From Sideroxydans sp. (GTDB lineage: Bacteria > Pseudomonadota > Gammaproteobacteria > Burkholderiales > Gallionellaceae): a stretch of 64,000 bases of DNA. Each line of letters opens with the position of its first letter. Position 1 is the first letter of the stretch. Shown here piece after piece: positions 1 through 9,038 of the stretch. The position numbers were made by a program, and so were the translations under genes. The DNA lies in the NCBI GenBank assembly GCA_011620315.1, contig WOZO01000063.1, positions 7,968 through 71,967 of the forward strand, read 5' to 3'. Under the pieces are notes generated by a model. The model worked only from the letters and a program-made list of their open reading frames with translations, was not told the DNA's origin and made no database searches.

Positions 1-705
1 GAAGCTGTACTGACGTGCGATGGCCTCCGAATCATCCAGATCGACCAGCGACACGCCGCGCATGTTTGCCACCACGGCGACCAGCGGCGAATTCGGCACC
101 CCGGTCAGGAAGATCACATCCACGATGTCGTGCCGCAACGCTTCCATGGAATCGTCCAGACCGATCTCGTACAGCGTCGCATTCTGTTCGTTCACCCCGG
201 CCGCATCCAGCAACACTTTGGTTATCAGACGGGTGCTGCTCTCCGGCCGCCCCACCCCGACGCGCAAGCCCTTGAGCTGCGACAGGTGTTCGATCTTCTG
301 CTTGCCCTTGCGGAAGATCCACAGCGGTTCATAGTACAGACTGCCCAGTGACTCCAAACCCACCGTGGATTGCCCGCCCGCCATGCCGCCCGGCACGAAG
401 GCCAGATCGACACCGGAATCCGGCTGGCGCAATTCCTCCAGACTCTGCATCGGCCCTTCCGTCTCGCGTATCTCCAGCGTGATGCCGTCCTGCTGCAACA
501 GCGCGCCGTACAAACTGGCATACGCCTGATAGTTGCCGTCTTCCTTGCTGATGGAGATCACCATCTTCTTCGGCGGCGCGGGATCGATCAGCCAATAGCC
601 CAATCCGGCGATCACCAGCAAGGCGAGCAGATAAGGCAGCGTCGCCTTGAACGCCTCCATAGGCAAAGAGACGTGCAATTCCTCGCGCGCCTCCTCGGTA
701 TTCAT
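1..705 (-). CDS. TAXI-family TRAP transporter solute-binding subunit (3'-partial, runs off window)
   Basis: Manual translation from ATG 705: N-terminal TM (LPYLLALLVIAGLGYWLIDPAPPKKMVI), then ETEGPMQSLEEL, VDLAFVPGG, LGSLYYEPLWIF, LKGLRVGVGRPESST, typical TAXI motifs. Alternative GTG at 735. Confidence 0.75.
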   Translation of the reverse strand, partial: MNTEEAREELHVSLPMEAFKATLPYLLALLVIAGLGYWLIDPAPPKKMVISISKEDGNYQAYASLYGALLQQDGITLEIRETEGPMQSLEELRQPDSGVDLAFVPGGMAGGQSTVGLESLGSLYYEPLWIFRKGKQKIEHLSQLKGLRVGVGRPESSTRLITKVLLDAAGVNEQNATLYEIGLDDSMEALRHDIVDVIFLTGVPNSPLVAVVANMRGVSLVDLDDSEAIARQYSF

Positions 706-809
706 CTCACGGTTCTCTTCAGCCACGATGCGCACCTTCCAACTCTGCGGCAAGCTCGCCGCGAACGGTGCGCATCATAGCCGTTCGCCAAACTTTCGTG
801 GCGCGTCGG

Positions 810-1184
810 CTACAGGGCGGGGATCAGCGTCGCTTCGCTGCTGATGTGATCGGCGCTGCCCCAGGTGGTGACCATCTCCACGAACCAGCGCGCATCGCGC
901 GGGTGCGGACAGAAGATGTCGTACTCGGCGAAGAAGCTGCCATCGCTGTTGAAAGTGATGCTGCCGCAACGCTCCTTGCACGCGTTGCGCCACACGCCTT
1001 CGTATCCCGGCAACTGGTTCGCCGGATCGACCACGCGCGTGAACTGCGCAGCGGCAAGGTCTATGTATGGGGCAGCGCCGGTCGCGGTGAACCGCTCGGC
1101 CTCCAACTGCAAAGCGATGACGATACGTCTCGCCATCGGCTCCAGCGCAGCAGGCAATTGCCGCGATGTGTCCAGTACTACCAT
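810..1184 (-). CDS. Hypothetical protein, last gene of nifENX operon
   Basis: 124-aa ORF overlapping the upstream ferredoxin stop, host-like codon use; no recognised motif. Confidence 0.6.
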   Translation of the reverse strand: MVVLDTSRQLPAALEPMARRIVIALQLEAERFTATGAAPYIDLAAAQFTRVVDPANQLPGYEGVWRNACKERCGSITFNSDGSFFAEYDIFCPHPRDARWFVEMVTTWGSADHISSEATLIPAL

Positions 1185-1501
1185 ACGTCAGCCGGTGCCT
1201 GCAGACGCTCGACCACTTTGCCGCCCAGCAGATGCTCGTCGAATATCGCGCTCACATCTTCCTTGGTCACATTGCAGTACATCACGCCTTCCGGATAGAC
1301 CAGCACGTTCGGCCCCATCCCGCACGGGCCGATGCAGCCGGTCGGTGTCACGGCCACTTCGGCGAAACACTGGCGCTGCTGCCACTGCTGCATGAACTCG
1401 TCCACCACGGCCGCGCAACCCTTTGCGCCGCATGATCCGCGCGGATGACCGGCGGGACGATTCTGCGAACACACGAAAACATGTCTGGTTGGTTTTGGCA
1501 T
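1178..1501 (-). CDS. Thioredoxin-like [2Fe-2S] ferredoxin (FeSI/Shethna I-like)
   Basis: HVFVC..R....GSC...TGCIGPC..GPNVLVYPEGVMY; ATG at 1501. Confidence 0.85.
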   Translation of the reverse strand: MPKPTRHVFVCSQNRPAGHPRGSCGAKGCAAVVDEFMQQWQQRQCFAEVAVTPTGCIGPCGMGPNVLVYPEGVMYCNVTKEDVSAIFDEHLLGGKVVERLQAPADVW

Positions 1502-1503
1502 CT

Positions 1504-1800
1504 TTATGCTCCTGCCGGCATCGCTTGATGCGTGTGGCATTGTTTCGGACAGACACGCGCGCACGATCCGCAGCCGATGCAATCCAGCGCGTTGGCGATG
1601 GACATCACCATCATGTTGTCCTCGTCTTCGTCGTAGTTCTCGTCATCCTCGTCGCGCTCCAGCAGCTCGAACACGCTGCGCGGGCAGACCTTGAAACAAC
1701 GACCGCAGCCGATGCAGTTGGCCGGATTCAGTTCGGTGATGAAAGTCGGTTCGTAAGGGGTGCCGCCCCGGGTTACGCCGGTGATGTTTGACATGGTCAT
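1504..1800 (-). CDS. fdxB: Ferredoxin III, nif-specific 2x[4Fe-4S]
   Basis: TGVTRGGTPYEP, CIGCGRCFKVCP, acidic insert, CIGCGSCARVCPKQC; start 1800 or 1794. Confidence 0.9.
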   Translation of the reverse strand: MTMSNITGVTRGGTPYEPTFITELNPANCIGCGRCFKVCPRSVFELLERDEDDENYDEDEDNMMVMSIANALDCIGCGSCARVCPKQCHTHQAMPAGA

Positions 1801-2009
1801 ACTTCCTTCTGTGCTTCGGATAATCTTGCGCTCGCTTCGGCCCATGCCTGGCAAGCATCGTAAGTGGATTGCGCGATGCCCGGCAGCTCCTTGTAGCCCG
1901 CCGGCAACTTGTCCTCGACCAGATCGTGCAACTGCCCCGCCCACTCCGTAGAGATGCGCTTCAGTTTCTTCACTTCCTTGTCGAGGGCTTTCAGTTCGTC
2001 TTCAGTCAT
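1797..2009 (-). CDS. CCE_0567/DUF683-type nif-associated small helical protein
   Basis: VKKLKR...AGQLHDLVED.LP..Y.ELP..A..TYDAC.AW pattern; usual position before fdxB. Confidence 0.8.
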   Translation of the reverse strand: MTEDELKALDKEVKKLKRISTEWAGQLHDLVEDKLPAGYKELPGIAQSTYDACQAWAEASARLSEAQKEV

Positions 2010-2027
2010 TTAATTCTCCTTCGGAGA

Positions 2028-2111
2028 GGATTCAGGATTCTGGATACATGATTCAGTTAAACCCGCTGCTCCGCACTTCCCTGATTCCCGAATCCTGAAT
2101 CCCGTATCCTG
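2028..2111. repeat. Inverted heptamer-array element (GGATTCA/TG)n...(CTGAATC)n, copy 1
   Basis: ggattcaggattctggatac ... cccgaatcctgaatcccgtatcctg; sister copy at 43099-43175. Confidence 0.75.
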
Positions 2112-2113
2112 TT

Positions 2114-2575
2114 TTACATCCCCGCCACTTCCGGATGCTTGCCGATGATCTCCAGTGCCACGGAGAGCACCTTGTCGCCCTCGTCCTTCATCTTGGAAAG
2201 GCTCTCGTATCCGTAGCGGTGCACGTCGCGCAATGTCTTGTCCATCACCACCAGCTTGCCGACGGTGATCACGCCGCGGCCAAAACCTTCGTGCGTGATG
2301 TTGATCATCGGCACCGCCATCAGGCCGCACTCCTTTTCGATCAGCGAAGCGACCGCGTTGTAGAAACACTTGATGCGCGACAACAGGATCTCGTCCGGAT
2401 CGCCGATGATCGGGATCTCGCGTTTCTGTTCCTTGGTCAGAACATACGGTGCCAGCACGCGCTCGGCGGGCCAGCCGTCATACGTGCCGTAGCTGTCGAC
2501 GGCGCGCATCTGCTTGACCATCTCCTGGATGAAATCGGTGGACATCAACGGGTCTGCTGCGACTGCTTGATTCAT
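2114..2575 (-). CDS. NifX-associated protein (DUF269)
   Basis: RAVDSYG...KREIPIIGDPD...FYNAVA..IEKECG...HEGFGR...KTLRDVHRYGYES; ATG 2575 with RBS. Confidence 0.9.
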   Translation of the reverse strand: MNQAVAADPLMSTDFIQEMVKQMRAVDSYGTYDGWPAERVLAPYVLTKEQKREIPIIGDPDEILLSRIKCFYNAVASLIEKECGLMAVPMINITHEGFGRGVITVGKLVVMDKTLRDVHRYGYESLSKMKDEGDKVLSVALEIIGKHPEVAGM

Positions 2576-2994
2576 GGTGTTTCTCCTTTGGTTGAACTTG
2601 TTTGCACGACTACACGCGGCGTCCATCCGGACACGCGCGCCAAAACGAAACCACTTGCTGCGCCGACGGCCGCGCCCATTGCTGAACCGACATCCCCATA
2701 TCCCGAAGCGAGTGCAGCGCCGGCCACCGCCGTCACGCACGGCAACAGATAAGCCAGCAGCCCGGCCTTGACCAGATCACCCTCGCTCAGCGACAACTGC
2801 AACTCATCACCCGCGCACACCTGCGCATCGCAGGCCACGCCGATGGTCTTGCGCCGCGACGAAAAATATTTACCCAGCCCCGACACGCCGCACGACTCGC
2901 GCGATGCGCAACCGCCGCAGCCGGATTTCTCGGTCGGCATCACCTGCGCCACGCGGCCCTGCACCGCGATCACGCGAACCAGCGCGCTGATCAT
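2572..2994 (-). CDS. RseC/MucC-family membrane protein
   Basis: KSGCGGCASRESCG, GD.LQLSLSEG...AYLLP, two C-terminal TM helices; ATG 2994 overlaps the nifX stop. Confidence 0.8.
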   Translation of the reverse strand: MISALVRVIAVQGRVAQVMPTEKSGCGGCASRESCGVSGLGKYFSSRRKTIGVACDAQVCAGDELQLSLSEGDLVKAGLLAYLLPCVTAVAGAALASGYGDVGSAMGAAVGAASGFVLARVSGWTPRVVVQTSSTKGETP

Positions 2995-3401
2995 TCCTGC
3001 CACTCCTCGTCGTCCGCGAAGCTCTTGCTCGACTGTTTCTTCAGATATTTCGTCAGCCACACCGGCGGCTCGCTGACCATGCTCTGCTGCAAACCGCTCA
3101 GCAGACCGTCGATACACATGCCTTCGCCCACGCGCATCGGCTGGATGCCGCCCGCCAATAATTGCTGGATGGCCGATGCACCCGCCGCGTTGCAATACAC
3201 CGCCGCGCAATCGCCCAGCAGTTCCACCTTCGCCGCCAGCTTGCCTTCATGTCCGTCCATCGCTGTTTCGATGAATTCGGCCACTTCGATCAATTTCGCT
3301 TCTGTCTCGCTCACTTCGTAGATGGCGAAAGATTCCGCCGCGCCGAAGTGCTGGTTCACCGCCTTGCGATCGCTGGTGGCGAATGCGATCTTCACTGTCA
3401 T
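2991..3401 (-). CDS. nifX: FeMo-cofactor carrier NifX
   Basis: KIAFATSDRKAVNQHFGAAESFAIYEV...DCAAVYCNAAGASA; follows nifN. Confidence 0.93.
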   Translation of the reverse strand: MTVKIAFATSDRKAVNQHFGAAESFAIYEVSETEAKLIEVAEFIETAMDGHEGKLAAKVELLGDCAAVYCNAAGASAIQQLLAGGIQPMRVGEGMCIDGLLSGLQQSMVSEPPVWLTKYLKKQSSKSFADDEEWQE

Positions 3402-3411
3402 CGCTGTCTCC

Positions 3412-4911
3412 TCAGTGGGTTTGACCAGACGCAGGTGTCGCACGACTCACCCTTTCAAAATTGCTTCTCGCGTTTGCCCCTTCTCCCTCCTGGGGAGGGT
3501 CGGGGTGGGGGAAATGCTCCGCATTGCCTGTCCGCTGTGCATAGATGGAGACATACGGCTCCGGCTCGATGTAACCGTGCTCCACCAGCAGGTTCGCCAG
3601 ATCGAACAGCGATTGGCGCGTGCCGCGATAGCCTACCCACAGGCGCTGATAGCCGCCGAGCAGGTCGTATTGCGGGAAGCCCGCGCGCAGCAGCGGCACG
3701 CCGAGGCGGCGCGCCGTCTCCACCGCATGCGAATTGCTGATTACGAGCTGCGCGCCACGGCTACGCGCGCTGTTCTCCAGGTCTTCCAGATCGCCGATGC
3801 CCACCTGCTCCGCCAGCACACTTTCCAGAATGTGCGCGCGGGCCGGGGCGACGGCCGCCACCACTTCGCAACCCATCTCCGTCACCAGTCGCGACATGCC
3901 GTAAAGCAGATCGGCATCCGCCGCGACGGCGACGCGCGCAAAACCCAGCATGAAGTGCGCATCCACCATCGCGTCCTGCAACTGCGCGCGCTGGCGTTCG
4001 ATCTTCTCCGGCACCGGCTTGCCGCTGATGTCGGCCAGCGCGGAAACAAAACTATCCACCGCCTCCAGGCCCATCAAACAATCGAAGCGATAGTCCGGCA
4101 CCTGTGTTTGCGCTTTGAGAAAATCCGCCGCATCGAACAAAGAATTCCCCAACACCAAGGTCGCGATGGATTCGCCCATGCTGGCGATGTCGCTCACCGG
4201 CGTGCCGCCCACGGTGAGCGGCAAGCTTTCCATCTCGGTGAGGTGACCGTCGAGCGAATCGCCGATGTCAGGCAGCACCAGCGGACGCAGGCCGAATGCC
4301 TCGATCAGTTCCTTGATGTGTTCCACATCGCCGGGTGTGAGGAAGGAGCCGGCCAGCACGTTGACCTGCTTCTTGCGGCGACCAACATTGCTTCCCACGT
4401 TCGTCCCCTCCCCCCCCGGGAGAGGGCCGTTTTTCGCCAGCACCGTTTCCAGTGTCGCCTTCACCGCCAGCGCATAACCGCTCTCCAGACAGCCGGTGAA
4501 GTCCGGCGTGTTCACCGGCACCACGGCCACGTGTGCGTACTCGGGATACTTGGTGTAGAAATCTTTCACCAGACGTTTGATGTCCGTGCCCTGCGTTTCG
4601 GAAAGCCCCGTGGTCGGCAGACCGATCATCGCGGGCTTGCTCTTCTCGCACACCGCACGCAAACCTTCGATCACGTTCTCGTCCGCATTCATCACCGTGG
4701 ACACCTGATCCATCGCCGTGGTCTGCAACGGGATCGGCTCGCGGAAGTGGCGCACGAAATACACCTTGCCGAATGCGGTGCAACCCTGCGAACCGTGCAG
4801 CATCGGAATGGCTTTGTTGATGCCGAGGAAGGCGAGCGACGCGCCGACCGGCTGGCTGGCCTTGAGAGGATTCACCGCGAGTGCTTTGTTGCGTTTCAGT
4901 ATCTCGGCCAT
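3412..4911 (-). CDS. nifN: Nitrogenase FeMo-co scaffold NifN
   Basis: [39 protein letters not shown]; two repeat-derived in-frame extras. Confidence 0.96.
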   Translation of the reverse strand: MAEILKRNKALAVNPLKASQPVGASLAFLGINKAIPMLHGSQGCTAFGKVYFVRHFREPIPLQTTAMDQVSTVMNADENVIEGLRAVCEKSKPAMIGLPTTGLSETQGTDIKRLVKDFYTKYPEYAHVAVVPVNTPDFTGCLESGYALAVKATLETVLAKNGPLPGGEGTNVGSNVGRRKKQVNVLAGSFLTPGDVEHIKELIEAFGLRPLVLPDIGDSLDGHLTEMESLPLTVGGTPVSDIASMGESIATLVLGNSLFDAADFLKAQTQVPDYRFDCLMGLEAVDSFVSALADISGKPVPEKIERQRAQLQDAMVDAHFMLGFARVAVAADADLLYGMSRLVTEMGCEVVAAVAPARAHILESVLAEQVGIGDLEDLENSARSRGAQLVISNSHAVETARRLGVPLLRAGFPQYDLLGGYQRLWVGYRGTRQSLFDLANLLVEHGYIEPEPYVSIYAQRTGNAEHFPHPDPPQEGEGANARSNFERVSRATPASGQTH

Positions 4912-4912
4912 G

Positions 4913-6319
4913 TCACGCTCCCAATTCAATGCCGGGCAGGGACGACTTCGCCCACGGCGCAGGTTTGCGCACGCCCGGCCACACCGGACTCTGTATCGTC
5001 AGCGCCAGTTGCCGCGCCAGTTCCACCATGCCGCTGTAACCCTCGTAACCGAATTCGCGTTCCTGATTGATGTCGAGGAAAGGGATGCGCGCCTTGAGCG
5101 CGGTGTACATGTTGCGACCGCCCGCGATGAGGATGTCCGCTTCGTATTCCTTCACCACGCCGAGCAGCGCCTTGGGGCTGCCGTCGGTGATCATCTTGGT
5201 CTTCTCGCCCATGATCTCGCGGATGCGCGCTTTGTCTTCCTCGGTGGATTTACTGGTGCCGGTGGCAACGACTTCCATGCCCAGGTCTTGCAGCGCGGAG
5301 ACGATGGACCACGACTTCACGCCGCCGGTGTATAGCAACACGCGCTTGCCGCGCAGGCGTTCGCGCCACGGTTCCAGCTCGGCGTTGATCTTCGCCTCTT
5401 CCCTCGCGATCATCGCTTCGGTGCGTTCGGTCAGAGAAGGATCGTTCAGCAGCTTGGCAAAATCGCGGAAGGCATTCGAGGTATCGGTCACGCCGTAGAA
5501 GCTGCCTTCGAAGAACGGCACCTTGTGATCGGTTTGCAGTTTGCGCGCGATGTTGAGCAAGGCTTTCGCGCACACCACCATGCTGGCTTCGGCGCGGTGC
5601 ATGGTCTGCACTTCGTGGAAGCGCGCATCGCCGGACAAGGTGCACAGGATGCGCAGCCCCAGTTCGTCGAACAACGGTGCCACGTTCCAGAACTCACCCG
5701 CGATGTTGTATTCGCCGATCAGGTTCACATCGTGCACGGTGATGCCTGGGCGCTGCAATTCATCAGGCACCGGCAAAGGTTCGCCCGTACCCACCACATA
5801 TTTGAACATCGCCTCACCCGCGATGCGGTTGCCCAGATTCTTGGTGCCGTAGAAACCGGCACAGTCCACCGGCACCACCGGCACGCCGGTCTTCTCGGCA
5901 GCGGCCTTGCACACCGCGCCGATGTCATCGCCGGTCAGCGCGGGCACGCAGGTGTTGTAGACGAACACCGCCTTGGGGGAATAGGAATCGACCGCCTGCT
6001 TGATTGCATGGAACAAACGCTTCTCGCCGCGCCCCATGATCACGTCCTGCTCGGTCAGATCGGTGGTCATACCGATGCGATACAAAGTCGGCCCGGAAGA
6101 GCGCGTGCCGCGGTTGTCCCACGAACTGCCCGCACAAGCGATCGGCCCGTGCACGATATGCGCGACGTCGGCGATAGGCAGCAAAGCGATCTGCGCCCCG
6201 TCGAACGAGCAGCCGCCCGCCGTCGCCCCGGGCTTGGGTCGCGCACAACCGGATTTCTCCTTCTTGTTATGCGCGCAGGCCGGTTCGTTCAGCAGTTCGG
6301 CGATGTCCTTGGCTTGCAT
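4913..6319 (-). CDS. nifE: Nitrogenase FeMo-co scaffold NifE
   Basis: [55 protein letters not shown]. Confidence 0.97.
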   Translation of the reverse strand: MQAKDIAELLNEPACAHNKKEKSGCARPKPGATAGGCSFDGAQIALLPIADVAHIVHGPIACAGSSWDNRGTRSSGPTLYRIGMTTDLTEQDVIMGRGEKRLFHAIKQAVDSYSPKAVFVYNTCVPALTGDDIGAVCKAAAEKTGVPVVPVDCAGFYGTKNLGNRIAGEAMFKYVVGTGEPLPVPDELQRPGITVHDVNLIGEYNIAGEFWNVAPLFDELGLRILCTLSGDARFHEVQTMHRAEASMVVCAKALLNIARKLQTDHKVPFFEGSFYGVTDTSNAFRDFAKLLNDPSLTERTEAMIAREEAKINAELEPWRERLRGKRVLLYTGGVKSWSIVSALQDLGMEVVATGTSKSTEEDKARIREIMGEKTKMITDGSPKALLGVVKEYEADILIAGGRNMYTALKARIPFLDINQEREFGYEGYSGMVELARQLALTIQSPVWPGVRKPAPWAKSSLPGIELGA

Positions 6320-6354
6320 GGCAGTAGCTCACGAGTATTGACGCCCTCCTACTC

Positions 6355-6370
6355 GCAGGAAACATGCCAA
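6355..6370 (-). promoter_or_regulatory. sigma54 -24/-12 promoter of nifENX
   Basis: Minus strand TTGGCATGTTTCCTGC. Confidence 0.75.
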
Positions 6371-6413
6371 CCGACACATGGTTGATTTATTGGTAGTTTA
6401 TGGGGATGCGATT

Positions 6414-6429
6414 TGTAGGAAAGCATACA
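6414..6429. promoter_or_regulatory. NifA UAS (TGT-N10-ACA)
   Basis: TGT-AGGAAAGCAT-ACA upstream of the nifE sigma54 site. Confidence 0.7.
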
Positions 6430-6517
6430 ATGCGCACCCATCCAACAAATTCAACGCCCCGCTTGGCATGTCCAATATATTGGACACATTCATAAACCGC
6501 CCGTTAGCATCTCCGCC

Positions 6518-6999
6518 ATGTTGATCGACCTCAAAACCGCAGGCCAGCAGATACGCCACACGCGCCAACAGCTCGGCATCAGCCAGGCCGATGTGTCGCG
6601 CGCCACCATCGTCGGCCTTGAGAACGGCCCCCTCAACGAGATCGGCGTAATCCTGCTCAACCGCATCGTCGCCGCCAGCCGCATCGCGCAGCGACCCGTC
6701 GCAACCCCCGCCCCATCGCAACGCAAATCGGCAGACCTCAAACTGTCTTTCCCCTACGACTGGAGCAATCCCGCCATGAGCGACAGCGTGCTGATCGGCA
6801 AAGTGGTCGAGCGCGGTTTATTCGAAGACATGGCCAAGATCGCCGTGCGCTTCGGCGTCGCCTCCTGCGCCGCGCCGTCACCGCATTCACCACACGCAAC
6901 AGCGCCGCCGCGCCCGGCCTGACGCGCATGCTCGCCAACATCGAACAAGCCATACAACAAAACTCCCCTCCCCCGCTTGCGGGGGAGGGGAGAGGGTAG
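6518..6999 (+). pseudogene. XRE-HTH antitoxin (AbiE-type TA), frameshifted
   Basis: IRHTRQQLGISQADVSRATIVGLENG (HTH appears shortened). The expected C-terminus LRRAVTAF...RMLANIEQA is in another frame after ~6862. Confidence 0.6.
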
Positions 7000-7004
7000 C
7001 CATT

Positions 7005-7451
7005 ATGGAAAAGATCGCCATCAAGCCGGAATTCATGCCCGAACGCACCCGCCGCGTGTTTCAAGCGCTGGCGAAAGAACCGCTGATGCAAGGCTTTGTG
7101 TTGATCGGCGGCCCCGCGCTCTCGATACAACTCGGCCACCGCCTGAGCGAAGACCTGGACTTCTGGCTGCCCGCCGCCGCCATGTCCAAGGAACGCGTCG
7201 ATGCCATCCTCGACAAACTGGTCGCGCAAGGCATGCAGCAGAAATTCGCCATCCCGGCATGGAATATTTCGCAGGTGCGCATCAACGGCATCGACCTGCT
7301 CGCGCAAAGCCGCGACCACGTCGTCGACGGCGTGAAGATCACCTTCTTCGCGCGCGACGACACCCCCTACCACCACTTCGCCGCGATGAAACGCATCGCA
7401 GGCAAAGCAAAGTTCGACATCGGTAAGCGTCCAGCCGCCCCACCTGTTTGA
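7005..7451 (+). pseudogene. AbiEii/DUF1814 nucleotidyltransferase toxin, truncated by IS66 end
   Basis: FVLIGGPALSIQLGHRLSEDLDFW signature; similarity stops at GTAAGCGTCC (7423). Confidence 0.8.
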
Positions 7452-7548
7452 TTCAGCCGATTTGTGCAGATGGTTTGAGCGGCAGGAGTTCGTCGATCCG
7501 TTTCATGGTCCAGACCGGAAGTTTCTCCAACGTATCTTTCGGCTCGAC
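7423..7548 (-). mobile_element. IS66-family terminal remnant
   Basis: Terminal GTAAGCGTCC; minus frame encodes KDTLEKLPVWTMKRIDELLPL*, resembling the IS66 TnpC C-terminus. Confidence 0.7.
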
Positions 7549-7703
7549 CTATATATTTCGTTGATGAGCGGCATAGGAATTCCCTTACACCGAGGGAAAT
7601 TCCAGCGACAGGTATCGTCGGAAGAGGAGGGCATCGTGCGCAGCCCCATTGCGATGGCGTGCTTCAAGCTATAATCCGCGCTACTTTCAAAGAGGCCCGC
7701 ATC

Positions 7704-8144
7704 ATGCGAATCACCCGCAGACTGGAATTCGATGCCGGTCACCGCATCCCCAACCACAACAGCCAGTGCAGACATATGCACGGCCACCGTTATGCCATCG
7801 AGATCACTTTATCCGGTGAAGTGGTGACGACCGAAGGCGTGTCGGAACAGGGCATGGTGATGGATTTCTCGGATGTGAAGCGTATCGCCAAGGAGCAGGT
7901 GGTGGATGCGTGGGACCACGCGTTCATCGTGTATCGCAACGACCGGACGGTGCTGGATTTTCTGGGGACTTTGCCGGGACACAAGACGGTGATGCTGGAT
8001 GTGGTGCCGACCGCCGAGAATCTGGCGCGCGTGGCGTTCGATCTGCTCGACGGTGCGTATCAGGACACCTACGGCAACCATCTGCGACTGGAACGCGTGC
8101 GCCTGTACGAGACGCCCAACAACTGGGCAGATCACACGCGTTGA
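7704..8144 (+). CDS. queD: 6-carboxy-5,6,7,8-tetrahydropterin synthase
   Basis: RRLEFDAGHRIP...CRHMHGHRY...MVMDFSDVK...PTAENLA...YETPNNWA. Confidence 0.93.
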   Translation: MRITRRLEFDAGHRIPNHNSQCRHMHGHRYAIEITLSGEVVTTEGVSEQGMVMDFSDVKRIAKEQVVDAWDHAFIVYRNDRTVLDFLGTLPGHKTVMLDVVPTAENLARVAFDLLDGAYQDTYGNHLRLERVRLYETPNNWADHTR

Positions 8145-8359
8145 TCCGCGCCCCACAGCCTGTTAGAACCTTCCATATTGCCCCGTCACCACCCTGTCGC
8201 GACCGCCGCGCTTGGCCTGATAGAGCGAGGCGTCCACCGACTGGAGCAGAGAATCAAAGAATCAAGGAGAATCAATGCAATCAATGAGGTCCGTGTTTTG
8301 GATTTTGAACGGGAGAAATGACATGCGGAAATATATTGCGAGGCTGGCCCCTTTGATTC

Positions 8360-8600
8360 CTTTAGCATGACGATTTGCTTGCCGACCAACGTGCAATAGA
8401 ACACGCGTGCGGTGCCCTCTGCGCCTTTGTACCTCAACTCGAACAGCCCGCTGCCGAATGCCGCAGTATGCGGACTACCGAGATTGGCACCGTAGACCAT
8501 TATCTTTGTAGTCAGCCCGATGTAGCGCCTGCAAGGTCGACGGCAAAGCCATGTTCTCTTGCTGCAGGGCTGCGTTGTAATAGGTAATGGTGTAAGTCGC
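8360..8600 (-). pseudogene. RelE/ParE-like (DUF891/Gp49-type) toxin fragment
   Basis: TYTITYYNAALQQE..ALPSTLQA /frameshift ~8527/ YIGLT..MVYGANLGSPHTAAFGSGLFELRYKGAEGTARVFYCTLVGKQIVML, then truncated. Confidence 0.75.
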
Positions 8601-8669
8601 GACCGCGCAGTAACAAATATGTTATTGCCGGGCAATGTCTGCTCAAGAAGCAATAATTGGCACTCGACC

Positions 8670-8850
8670 TTATTTGACCAGCTTCGACACCTGCCTGAAC
8701 ACCTCAGCCCCCGCGATCTTGAGCCAATGGTACGCCACGGCCTCCGTGCTGGCAGGTACGGCTCCGGCGCAGGTCATGACTTCGAGGGCGGTGTCGCGGT
8801 TGGCGGCGGCGCGGCCCATCACGGCGTTTTCACGGTGTGCACGATGAAGC
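8670..8850 (-). pseudogene. 3' fragment duplicate of the isochorismatase-like gene at 12338
   Basis: EGFIVH...ANRDTALEVMTCAGAVPASTEAVAYHWLKIAGAEVFRQVSKLVK vs EGFVVH...ANRNTAIEAMTLAGAVPTGTETVAFQWLKVAGTDVFKQVSKLVK. Confidence 0.8.
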
Positions 8851-9038
8851 CTTCGATGTGCATCGCCCTCTGCCGATTTCTTGTTCATGGTTTGCTCCAG
8901 ACGCCTGATTTTTTCAATGATCGCAAAGCTGCCCGCATATTGGCGCTTGCCGTATTGACGCGAATCTCTGCGCGGGGATAATGCGCCAACCGTTGCAGTC
9001 CGCTGCGCTGCAACTTCCTATCTGGTGATCATCCGGCC

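Noticed and set aside
4410-4417. C8 homopolymer in nifN as a phase-variation switch
   Set aside because: Part of the palindromic repeat insertion; the frame is intact and there is no evidence of length variation.
3322-5070. 582-aa plus-strand ORF and many other long antisense ORFs (e.g. 29681-31159, 57613-59940 extension, 61988-63697)
   Set aside because: Opposite-strand open frames typical of high-GC coding DNA, with no motifs.
7704-8144. queD within the nif region as a sign of a 7-deazaguanine DNA-modification system
   Set aside because: No dpdA, queC, queE or folE neighbours in the window; the simplest reading is the housekeeping queuosine gene.
8276-8371. 31-codon ORF with a good RBS (MQSMRSVFW...LAPLIPLA)
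   Set aside because: Too short, no motif, and lies in pseudogene debris; cannot be supported as a gene.
8196-8606. 11-bp direct repeat GTCGCGACCGC flanking the RelE fragment
   Set aside because: GC-rich and short enough to occur by chance; no element ends identified.
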